Positions 50,623 through 60,250 of a stretch of 64,000 bases of DNA are shown here, in pieces. The translations under genes and the position numbers were made by a program. The notes beneath the pieces were generated by a model. It searched no databases. It saw nothing but the letters and a program-made list of their open reading frames with translations, and was not told where the DNA came from. The stretch lies in contig CAWASO010000001.1 in the NCBI GenBank assembly GCA_963784655.1, forward strand, positions 1,056,013 to 1,120,012, in the 5' to 3' direction. Origin of the DNA: Vulcanimicrobiota bacterium. GTDB taxonomy: Bacteria; Vulcanimicrobiota; Vulcanimicrobiia; Vulcanimicrobiales; Vulcanimicrobiaceae. Numbering within the stretch: the stretch's first letter is position 1; each line of letters begins with the position of its first letter.

Positions 50623-52341
50623 CTACTGTCTTCCGAACGTGATTGCAACGAATAGCTGCGGTGCAAATTTCGTCAGTGTTTGAATTTTGGTGTTGGGTGG
50701 AACAACTCGGCCTTCTTCGTAGCCGGGCGCCGTGGTGATCGTCTTTCCAAACTGCGCGCCTATGCTGAGGAACATCGTCTTCGAGAGAGAGAAAGAGACA
50801 CCGGTGAGATAGTCCGCGGTGAGCTCGCCCGTATCTTTTTGGAGTACACCAAGTCCGAATGCTGCGTAGAGTGCTTCCTCGCTGCCGGGCGCCGAGAGCC
50901 GGACGTTATTCATGATAACCGCAGTCGGCCGTAGATAGCTCTGCGTTGTCGCGTGAATATGAGCGGTCGGCGCGGGCGTGGGCGGCGCGGTGCCGGTCGC
51001 CGGAGATGGTGGCGTAGTCGCAGGTGCATCCGGCACGGCTTCGTACGTCGGCTGGCTCAGTCCGGTGAACGCGACGCCGCCTGAAAGAACCATTCGAGGC
51101 TCGCACACGAGGTGTACCGTTGATGTCGCGCCGTCAAAAAGCTTGACGGTGTAGATCTTGTCTCGGCGGCTGCCAGATATACCCTTGCATGTCTCCTGAT
51201 CTCGAAACGCAAACCGATCGAGCGTAGCACCCTGCACGTTCTTGATCACGACGCTTAGCGTGGCTTGACTCTTTGCGTAGCGCTGCGCCTCCGGACTATC
51301 GGCTGCAAATTGCTGGAGCCCGTGAGCTATGTCGAGGGCCTCTTTTTGTCTTTTGCTCCCATCATCCGTAGTTGCACGGACGAGTATCCTCCGCGTCTTT
51401 TCAGCACTATGTTGTGGTGCCCCGCTGCTCTGCCCGTTCGTAGATTCAGTGATCGCGTTTTGCGCTGCCAATTTTAGTTTTGCAGCGTAGAAGTCCGCGA
51501 GGTTGTTAGCCTGTGCGATCCTCAGCGCTATAAGTTGCCCGGGCCAATCCTCGACATGCTTTGCTGCATCAATCGTGAAGTCTGCTTCGCCATCCATGCG
51601 CTGCCCTTGGTCGTTCACGGACGCTTCAAACAGGCGCTTGGAGATTGCTTCCCGGTAAAGCGCGAATTGATCGTCGTTCGAGATGGTTCCAAACTGGCGG
51701 ATGAGCGCATCGACTGTCGCGAGTAACCCGCGATATGCGTGAGTGGCCTTGTACAGTGCTGTCTCGCGTGCCCGGACGAGATCGGTGATCTCATTGCGCG
51801 CGGCTGCAACGACGGCGTAGCAGGCATTCGCCGCGTCGTCGGTGCTGTCGGAAGTCAACCCACAGACGTCTCCGCTGGCCAATTGTTTGTTCGTGATCGG
51901 AACGAAATCCGCGATGTCTACATCGGGCGGTGTCCCGGCGCTAAGATCCGTGCTCGCCGAGTCAGCCGGGCCGAACGGCGCGTTCACGACTGTTGGAAGG
52001 AGGTAGGCCGACGGCCCGGCGACGAGCTTGTCATCGATCTTCGCGGACCATTGCGGATATCGGTAAGGATTGATCCCAAAGAACAGCACTGCGCCCGGAC
52101 CGACGACGAATGCATTCGCAATACGCGTCTGGCCTAAGTGATATGAATGGAGACCTCGGTCCGGCGGTGCCGTCGAGACCGCGAGCGGGGGGATGCTGAT
52201 CGGCGGGTATCCTGCCTGGCTGGCGCTCGCTGGAGCTTGAGAGGGTTCCGCATGCGCCGTGCCGCACTGTGCCGCGCCCGACACGACGATGAGCGCCGCT
52301 GCACAAAATATACGAATCCGCGCCGTGAAAGTCGCCCGCAT
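50623..52341 (-). CDS. Secreted hypothetical protein with beta-strand-rich C-terminus
   Basis: 572-aa intact ORF with signal peptide; ends LFVAITFGRQ; lower GC. Confidence 0.7.
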   Translation of the reverse strand: MRATFTARIRIFCAAALIVVSGAAQCGTAHAEPSQAPASASQAGYPPISIPPLAVSTAPPDRGLHSYHLGQTRIANAFVVGPGAVLFFGINPYRYPQWSAKIDDKLVAGPSAYLLPTVVNAPFGPADSASTDLSAGTPPDVDIADFVPITNKQLASGDVCGLTSDSTDDAANACYAVVAAARNEITDLVRARETALYKATHAYRGLLATVDALIRQFGTISNDDQFALYREAISKRLFEASVNDQGQRMDGEADFTIDAAKHVEDWPGQLIALRIAQANNLADFYAAKLKLAAQNAITESTNGQSSGAPQHSAEKTRRILVRATTDDGSKRQKEALDIAHGLQQFAADSPEAQRYAKSQATLSVVIKNVQGATLDRFAFRDQETCKGISGSRRDKIYTVKLFDGATSTVHLVCEPRMVLSGGVAFTGLSQPTYEAVPDAPATTPPSPATGTAPPTPAPTAHIHATTQSYLRPTAVIMNNVRLSAPGSEEALYAAFGLGVLQKDTGELTADYLTGVSFSLSKTMFLSIGAQFGKTITTAPGYEEGRVVPPNTKIQTLTKFAPQLFVAITFGRQ

Positions 52342-53074
52342 ATCTCTCCCCTTGCCCTAATATGTTCTTGCCTAGGAGTATATCTCTACCGTCAATCAGC
52401 GTCATGCCTGGTTTGTACGGACCGTCTCGCCTTGGCATCAACTCTCTACGATAGCGGTTCTCGTCCGAATCGCGAGCCGATGGTGTAACGTTGCGACGCC
52501 GTGGGACTGGGTAGGAACACTCAATCCTTTGTCGTCGACGAGTGCAATCTTGACCTCGCCAAGTTCATCCGCGGCTATCCCCGTCTGTCGATCGATATCT
52601 CGGCTTAGAACGGGGCCGCGGACAAGAAACTTGTCGAGCACGCCGGCTGCCACGGGCGCAATCATTTGCCCAATAAGTTAAGTCCTCATACGGCGACACG
52701 TCCAGGTTAATCCGCGTAGGATGAAAGGTCGCCCTATCGCGGCATTGCCGTCGCCCAATCATGGGCCTCGTCCACCCCACTAAGTTATGTGCAAGGACGA
52801 GCGTTGACGATAAGGTTCATGCGCACCGGATGAGACTTGGAGGGTCGCATCGTTGTAAATGCTAGGAATGAACGGTCGCCCGTTGCTAAGCTGACCGTCA
52901 CCCGTGGTCCTTGCAGCGCACTGAGTTGCACGTGCGCCACAACGACGAGAACGAACGCGAAAACCCGTCAGTTCATGAAAGAGAGCCAGATCTCGGGGAC
53001 GTAACCGGACGGAGCCGAGTCGAGTCTGCACCCGCCCTGGTCAGCCGAGCCCAGGCTGCCACCGAGCCCGTCCT

Positions 53075-53148
53075 GACGAATAAGCAGAACTCGGTGCACC
53101 ACGATGACCAAATAAGCGGAACCCGAGCAATATGACGCGCCCCGGCTG
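53075..53148 (+). repeat. Direct repeat copy A (displaced 5' end of the dCMP deaminase gene)
   Basis: 53075-53133 matches 58719-58777 at 54/59 nt; then ATGACGCGCCCCGGCTG (MTRPG) mirrors TRPGW of the deaminase. Confidence 0.85.
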
Positions 53149-53180
53149 TGGGTTACCCCGGTTAATCTGAACTTACGGGG

Positions 53181-53798
53181 TCATATCGGGGGTTCCGGGG
53201 TCGAATTTCGAGGTGTGAATGTAACTGGGCCGCTAAAGATCTCCCCCGTCGGGTCCAGAATCGCAGTGAGGTTGATGGGTGTGCCCGATGCCCGCGGCTC
53301 AGGGCGCTTGTAGTCCTGTAGGAGACTGTCGACGAGCCGACGTGCATCCTCATCGTTCGCGATACCTTCCTGTGCCGCTAATAGTGCGAGCGATGATGGA
53401 AGAGCCTTGAGCAGTTGCTCAAGTTGGTCAACACGCGCACACAAGATTGCTAGGTCCTCGACGTACCGAGGAGACTCAATCTCTGTCTGATTCAGCGTCT
53501 CGAACTGCTGCCACCATGATCCGAGCCGAGACTCGAATTCCTTGAACGGGCGAGCAGCGTCGGGTCGTAGGTGCTTCACCGCGGTCCAGCGGACAACGAA
53601 GGCGGCGAAGGGACCGGCGCCGGGTATAGTCCCAATGACGCTTTCATCAAAGTTCACGACCGCGTGTCCACCCGCTTGTAGTGGCACCAATACGGTTCTG
53701 TCTGCGAGAAGGTCCGTCAGAGATCCCTTCAGGCCTTGAGCTAGCAACAAACCCAGACCCGAGATAGCGAATTTGACGATCGCCACCACCCGCAACAT
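53181..53798 (-). CDS. Hypothetical protein (possibly the frameshifted continuation of 53741-54463)
   Basis: 205-aa ORF in lower-GC DNA overlapping the upstream ORF. Confidence 0.5.
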   Translation of the reverse strand: MLRVVAIVKFAISGLGLLLAQGLKGSLTDLLADRTVLVPLQAGGHAVVNFDESVIGTIPGAGPFAAFVVRWTAVKHLRPDAARPFKEFESRLGSWWQQFETLNQTEIESPRYVEDLAILCARVDQLEQLLKALPSSLALLAAQEGIANDEDARRLVDSLLQDYKRPEPRASGTPINLTAILDPTGEIFSGPVTFTPRNSTPEPPI

Positions 53799-54463
53799 TC
53801 CCCACAGAGGTGGGGCTGGCGTCGTGCCGATGATCTCGGCGGAGAGTCATTAGCCGCAGCCAAGACGCGACGCATGAACTCGTCAAGCGACCCACCCGAG
53901 ATGGCGATGTAGACATCGTGCGCGTTAGCCGTGGAGGGATCTGCGACGCCAACCATCCTCAAAATCTCCTGCGCCCCGATACCCAGCGGATGGGCAGACG
54001 CGCCTTTGCGTTGCCACTCATCTTGGTGTGCAAATGCGCTTCGTGCAGCCCATAGCACGCGCGAAAACGGCACGCCAGCAATGAGAAGCCCGCTATAAGA
54101 TTTCGCACCTGTAGGCTTCTTAAGGATCGCCGCGTGGGATTCAAAAAGTGAGTAGACTATCTGGAGGACAGAACCGGCGCACCCATGCCGGATGACATCG
54201 CCCATGCCGCGCCTTAGACCTCGCGTGAAAGAGGTCATCGAACCGACAATCACCTCCTCGACGCTGCTAATCGGGACTTCCTGATCAGCGGCAAGGACAT
54301 CCTGGTGGGCCAACTCGGCTTGCTGAAGGAGAAGTTTCAGCGGGTTACGAGCCTGCATGAGGCGCCACGCTAAATAACCATATGCGCCACGCGCGCACGC
54401 AGCACGTATCATATCAGCGGAAAAATGTTCGGGTGCTGCTGACAGCGAGTCCATCAATATCAA
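53741..54463 (-). CDS. Hypothetical protein with a HEPN-like RxxxxH motif
   Basis: Helical protein with VLWAARSAFAHQDEW. Confidence 0.5.
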   Translation of the reverse strand: MILMDSLSAAPEHFSADMIRAACARGAYGYLAWRLMQARNPLKLLLQQAELAHQDVLAADQEVPISSVEEVIVGSMTSFTRGLRRGMGDVIRHGCAGSVLQIVYSLFESHAAILKKPTGAKSYSGLLIAGVPFSRVLWAARSAFAHQDEWQRKGASAHPLGIGAQEILRMVGVADPSTANAHDVYIAISGGSLDEFMRRVLAAANDSPPRSSARRQPHLCGECCGWWRSSNSLSRVWVCC

Positions 54464-54679
54464 GGCGGCTCGGGATGGAAGATACTCCTTGTCATATTTC
54501 CCATCGAGAGACCATGCACCTAGCGAATCGGCTCGAACGCTGGCCGGAAGACGGAGAACGCCTCATCCTCGGGCCGCGGCTGGAAGGGGGTCACGAAACC
54601 CATGTCCACCGGCTGGTTGTAGTAGGCTGAGACCTTGACGATGGCGCACCAGTGTCCACACCCGCCGGCACAGCATCTC

Positions 54680-55280
54680 GTTGACGCACGACCGCCCGAC
54701 GAACTGCTCCGTCGCGATAATCCAGGCCCGCTCGGCGTCCGACTCCGGCAGACTCGATTTCCGCCGGGTCGGGCTTAGCCTTCATCTGCTTGAGGCACCG
54801 TTCGGCCGCGGCGCCCTGGTTCGCGTGTGGGAGACGGACCTCGGCCCGGCCGTGATGCTGGACCGCAATCACCGCTCTACTTCCCCTCCGCCGCCTCCTG
54901 GTCGCGCTGGAGTGCTCCTATCCGCTGCCGTCCTACGTCTGCGCTACAAGGCGCCCAAGCCCCGCCGCGGCGCACGTGGTCGGTAACCGCGACGCCCTAT
55001 TCGGCGGCATCATCCCGACGGTCCTGACCAGCGTCGGTTCCACGGATGGACGTTCGAGGTTCTGTGCTGCGAGGTGGCCGGCCACGACCGGTAGAGCATC
55101 GAGCATGCCTTGCAGAGGTTGGAGCGTGAGAACATGCTCCAGAGCGATCACCCCGCCGGCCCACGGTCCAAGGTCCGGGTGGTGACAATCGCGGACGGGT
55201 TCCCAGCCCGGCTAAGGCTGAACTCAAGGCGCTGCTGCGCGCCTACGTCGAGGTCTGGCCGCAGACCGCGACCGGGGTCC
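54680..55280 (+). pseudogene. Degenerate tandem winged-helix protein
   Basis: Stitches to LDRNHPLYFPLRRLL...DALFGG...LQRLERENML...ELKALLRAY; many indels. Confidence 0.5.
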
Positions 55281-55486
55281 AGCGGGCGTTCGACAAGATC
55301 GCCCAGGAGCGGCCGCGGCGGCAAGGCTCACCTGATTGTGGCCGTACTGAAACCAGTGATTCGAGGTGCCGGTCTCCTGGCACAACAGGACCGTAAGATA
55401 TAGTGGGCTGATGCCCGGATTACAGCAAGTTATGGTGCCGGAGCCGCAAGCGGCTACTGTAAAACTGTAAAATTGAGGTGCGCAGG

Positions 55487-57011
55487 ATGAGCGAAGCAGA
55501 GGCGGCCGGAAGTAGAGAATCGGAATCACGAGAGCGGCTTGCAGAAGTACTGGCAATCGAGCCTGCTGGGCAAACTCTCCGCACTGGACGCGATGCCGGT
55601 GCTGGGTGAGTTGATCAACCTCGCAGACGTTCTCGGCGACGAACCTGCCTTCGACCGCGCACTGGCATGGAGTGAGCGGCTAGAGTTTTGCCGTCTTCCA
55701 TCCGAACTGCACTTGGTCAATCTTTTCTTTCGATCGAACATCTGGGCAGGTCGCGCCGACTTGAGCATGCGAGACATGTGGGCATGGGATCAACCTGAAC
55801 TGCAAGAGCAAGTATTGCTGTTGCGGCGCATAGTTTCCGATCCTGCGTTCCCGGCGATACAGCCCATGTATAGGACCCAAGTCCTTACTAACCTCGGTAA
55901 TATTTTTAGCACACTTGGCCGTATTGTCGAGGCCGTCGAACTCCGCGATCGAGCACTGCAAATCAACCCGAAGTTCGGGATGGCTCTCGGCAACCGGGCC
56001 AAGAGCCTGGCCTATTACGGCGGTGCGCTTTATCAGAGAAAGGATCAGCGCAAGTTCATCGCTGCGGCGGCAACTGGATTTGCAGAGGCAACTGCTGAAG
56101 ACGCATACTACGAGATGGATTACACTCCAACCATAAACCAATGGCGTGAGCAACGCGAGAAGTGGGATAGTTGGCTTGGGCAGAACCCATTGGAAACACC
56201 AAGAGACCGAAGTGTGTGGCCGGAGTCGTCTCATGCCTATCGCGACTGGTGTTCGATAGAGCGACTGTTTCTTGATCCGCTTAACGATCTCGGCGCCATC
56301 ACGACGGCTGCTGGGGACCACCTCCACCTCCCGGCCATCGTCCCGCGTGACGCTCGCTCTGAGATGCTAATGGGCTATCTCGATACCATGAAACAAGAGT
56401 ACGCTTCGGCTCGTTGGACGTTATACGAAGCGCTTACTTCGGGCGACGAGCATCCATCGGACACCGGCCTCGCGCCACACGACACCGGCGATGAACCGGT
56501 CTATGGTCTGCGCATCGAACGAATGAAAACGACGTACCGCACGGCGTATTCAATCTTCGATAAAATTTCGTTGTTCCTAGACGCGTACTTCAGTCTCAAC
56601 ATCAAGAGGGTGACGTTTCGGGAAGTATGGAAAAAAGCAAGAGAGACTCCGTTCGCATCAGCGCAGAATTGGCCCCTGCGCGGGCTATATTGGCTCTCGC
56701 GCGATCTTTTTGAACCAGAATTCATGGCAGTAACGGACCCGGATTCCCAGGCTGTCGCGGAAATTCGGAATCACTTAGAGCACAAGTACCTGCGCGTAGT
56801 ACGCGACGGCGTGACGGACGGCGGGGCGTCAGCCACTGCAGACCCGCTTGTGTATATTGTGAAGCAGGGGGCATTCGAAAAGCGAACGTTGCGGCTTCTT
56901 AACCTTGCCCGCGCGGCCCTGATCTACCTCGTCCTTGCAATCCACGCTGAGGAGCATAGGAAAAAGAAGGCTGGCATCAGCGGCGCGAAAACAACGCTAC
57001 CGCGTCTGTAG
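55487..57011 (+). CDS. TPR + LA2681-family HEPN domain protein
   Basis: VLTNLGN...ALQINPKFGMALGNRA TPR; LFLDPLNDLG, KQEYASARW, AYSIFDKI, NWPLRGLYWLSRDL, IRNHLEHKYL; GAGGTG-ATG at 55487 is one frame off ORF 55539. Confidence 0.85.
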
Positions 57012-57487
57012 TAAACCCAAGCGAGCCAGCGTCAAGATAGCCCAAATTTCGAAGGGCAAGTGTGAAATACACGCCGGTAGCCGTCCCTACTGTGAAACAA
57101 GCCTCTGACCGTGAGACAACCCGCGATGCGGCATGACGCCATGCGTGACCAGTCTCAGTCGTGCGTGTTTGACATCGCGCGCCTCATTGTGATAGAAGGC
57201 GACCAATTTTGGGGTGGGATTCGTCGCGACGGGCCGCGTCCCCGTGCGTGATACCGTTTGCGAGATCATACACGGAGAGCGGTTACTGCTGCGCATCGAA
57301 ACGCACGGCTGGTATGACGGATTAGCGGACGCCTGCACAAGGCGTGCCAACATCATCGAACCATGCTGAGCGGTCCATCACCTTCATGGTTTGCCGATGG
57401 CCGGCCAAGATTGTGAGCCGTGCGACGGTTACGTGCACTCGGCAAGAAACGAATCCGCTTTACGAGCGGTCCCGCTCCTGGGACAAC

Positions 57488-57745
57488 TTAGGTTTCCGGA
57501 TTGTTCGCTCTTAGGGTTTCGATTCCGTCCCGGATTGTTGCGTGGTACTCGGTGTCTGGATGCCCGATGGCATCCGTGACGCGCTGCACCATATCCAAGC
57601 CCTCGTCGAACGTCTCCGGATAGGCTTCGGTGGAGAACGTCTTGTTGTCGCCATCGTAGAGCGCAATCTCAAGTCGGTAAGGTAAACCAGTTGGATTTCC
57701 CTTGCTTACTTGCGCATGGATGGTGGTTTGTGTCGATTCGTTCAT
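57488..57745 (-). CDS. Small acidic hypothetical protein
   Basis: MNESTQTT... ORF in lower-GC DNA. Confidence 0.45.
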   Translation of the reverse strand: MNESTQTTIHAQVSKGNPTGLPYRLEIALYDGDNKTFSTEAYPETFDEGLDMVQRVTDAIGHPDTEYHATIRDGIETLRANNPET

Positions 57746-57946
57746 AATTTTCACCAGCAGAAATACGTGCTGTGAGTAACTTTCCGCAGTTCGATATACA
57801 AACCTGCAATCTTAGGTGGGCGGCAAAAGCGACAGACCCGACACTGCGTGCTTCGGTGAAGTGGTCGCTGATCTGGACGGCCCACAAACTCAAAAAAGCC
57901 TACTTTCTGCAGAGAAGCACGGAAGGCAAGCCCGCTGGAGGACGCG

Positions 57947-58647
57947 TTGATGGACCACGCGGTGTCGCGACGCATCCGTGCCGTGCATGCGTCGCAACAC
58001 GAAAAGCGTTACGAAGACGTTCGTCGAAATCGCCGCGTTCCTGCCAGTCGCCGTCAACGACCTCCCCCGAACGCGAGCTGGTCACTGACGCGAACCTCGG
58101 GTACACCGTCCGCCGGCTCGTGGCGCTCGGTCTGGTCCGTCGGTACCGCAACTCACTCACCTCGACCGCTACTTCCTGACCCTCGACCGACGCCATCCGC
58201 TCGCCGAGCCTCGCCTCCGACGTGCTCAACAGCATCGCGGACGCGAACGGTCTGGCCTGTGGACACCCTCCCTCCTCCTTCCGAGACGATCTCGCCGTGG
58301 GCGAACGTCACGAACTTGCGCATCTTCGGCCGACCGCCGGGCGATGTCGAAACCATCTTCGGCCACCCCAACCGGACCAGTGCCGTCCTTATCGTCGCGG
58401 CCTTGGGGACGGCAATCCGACGACCATCGCCCGTGCCTCCGGCTTGGAGGTCGACACGGACATGCTGCGGCTGATGGACCCGCTCGAGGCGGACGGTCTG
58501 GTGATCAGCGAGATGGTGGGTTCCATCCGGCTCTACCGGTTGATCGAGGCGCCCTGGACCTCGGCGCTCACGGCGCTGGTCGACCCAGTCCTCGCCTTCA
58601 TCTACCACTCGCCAGCCGGGTCGGCGCCGCACGGTCGCTCCTGGTGA
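57947..58647 (+). pseudogene. Degenerate tandem winged-helix protein
   Basis: VRRLVALGLVRR and IFGHPNRT...IARASG...LEADGLVISEMVGSIRLYRL spread across frames. Confidence 0.55.
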
Positions 58648-58718
58648 CCGGGTCCACCTTCGCCGTGCGCTGGACCTGGAGCCCCGAGAGGGCCTGGACG
58701 GGCCGCCGAGACGGCCCC

Positions 58719-58777
58719 GACGAATAAGCGGAACTCGGTGCACCAAGACGACGGAATAAGCGGAACCCGAGCAATAT
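58719..58777 (+). repeat. Direct repeat copy B, overlapping the dCMP deaminase start
   Basis: GACGAATAAGCGGAACTCGGTGCACCAAGACGACGGAATAAGCGGAACCCGAGCAATAT. Confidence 0.85.
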
Positions 58778-59238
58778 CCGGAACCACCCGTCCCGGCTGG
58801 GACGAGTACTTCATGGACATCGCGCGGACGGTGGCCACGCGGGCGACCTGCCCGCGGGCCAGCGTCGGGGCTGTGCTCACCCGGGACCGGCGCATCCTGA
58901 CCACCGGCTACAACGGCGCCCCCCGCGGGGTCGCCCACTGCACCGACGCCGGCTGCATGATCGTCGACGGCCACTGCCTGCGGGCCACCCACGCCGAGGC
59001 CAACGCGATCGTCCAGGGCGCCCTCCACGGGGTCGGGATCGCCGGGGCGACAGCCTACTGCACCCACCAGCCTTGCTCGGGCTGCTCCAAGCTGCTGATC
59101 AGCGCCGGCGTGGTCCGGATCGTCTACGCCGACGCCTACCCCGACCCGGTCGCGCAAGCGCTGCTCGCCGAGGCGGGCGTGGCGCTCGAACCGTTCGTGC
59201 CCGAACCGGCCCGCGTGATCCCGAGGCGACGGGTATGA
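58738..59238 (+). CDS. dCMP deaminase (ComEB family)
   Basis: RPGWDEYFM, RATCPR, TGYNG, HAEANA, PCSGC. Confidence 0.92.
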   Translation: MHQDDGISGTRAISGTTRPGWDEYFMDIARTVATRATCPRASVGAVLTRDRRILTTGYNGAPRGVAHCTDAGCMIVDGHCLRATHAEANAIVQGALHGVGIAGATAYCTHQPCSGCSKLLISAGVVRIVYADAYPDPVAQALLAEAGVALEPFVPEPARVIPRRRV

Positions 59239-60250
59239 ACCCCGCGATCATCGCCGTGGCGCTTGCGCTCGCGTTCGTCACCGCGCTCTTCACCACGCCC
59301 TACGTGCGGCGGCTGGCCCAGACCGTCGGGATGCTCGACGAGTCCGGCGAGCGCCGCATGCACGACGTGCCCAAGCCGCGCATCGGCGGCATCGCGGTCT
59401 ACCTCGGCTTCGCGTTCGCGATGTTCTCTGCGCTGGGCTACCTCATCGCAAAGAACCAGTTCGGCAACAAGGACAACCTGCACGACGCGATCGGGCTGAT
59501 CTTCGGCGGCACGCTGATCCTGATGGTCGGCATCTGGGACGACGTGATGGGCATGTCGCCGCGCGGCAAGCTGGTCGCGCAGATCGTCGTGGCCGGCATC
59601 TCGATGCTCTACGGCTTCGTGATCCCGGCGTACGTCACGAACCCGTTCCACCACGGCGCGCCGCTCTATCTGCCGGCCTGGCTGCCGATCCCGCTGACGC
59701 TGATCTGGTACGTCGGGATGATGAACGCGATCAACTTCATCGACGGGCTCGACGGCCTGCTCTCGGGGCTGACCGCGATCTCGGGCATGTCGCTGCTGGT
59801 CATCAGCCTGACCCACGGGCATCCCGAACTGGCGCTGATCCTGGCCGCGCTGGTCGGCGGCGTGCTGGGCTTTCTGCCGTACAACTTCAACCCGGCCAAG
59901 ATCATCCTGGGCGACTCGGGCGCGCTCTTCATCGGCTACGTCTTCGCGACGGTCTCGATCGAGGGCGCGAGCAAGACCGCGTTCACCATCTCGCTGCTCG
60001 TGCCGCTGGTCGCGCTCGGCCTGCCGGTGCTCGACACGGCCTTCGCGATCGTGCGCCGCACGCGCGCGGGCAAGAAGTTCTACGAGGCCGACCGCGGCCA
60101 TTTCCACCACCAGCTCATCTTCCGGTTCGGGCTCAACGTCCGCCAGGCGGTTCTTCTGATCTACGCGCTCTGTCTCGTCCTCGGGGTGGTCGCCCTCGTG
60201 TTGTCCGGCGTCGGCGGCGGGGTGCGCGCGCGATGGCAGCGCGCGGCTGA
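59235..60250 (+). CDS. UDP-GlcNAc:undecaprenyl-phosphate GlcNAc-1-P transferase (WecA/TagO, GT4)
   Basis: PRIGG, GIWDD, NAINFIDGLDGL, YNFNPAKIILGDSG, DRGHFHH; stop needs a 1-bp correction. Confidence 0.9.

Noticed and set aside
52680-52795. Integron attC site suggested by GTTATGT near 52785
   Set aside because: No matching inverse core or hairpin found, and no integron integrase.
52438-53031. Small ORFs 52438-52665 and 52780-53031
   Set aside because: No recognisable motif or RBS; they cannot be told apart from decayed or non-coding DNA.
53075-58790. CRISPR array from the AATAAGCGGAAC repeats
   Set aside because: Only two short boxes per locus, the spacers are homologous between loci, and no cas genes are present.
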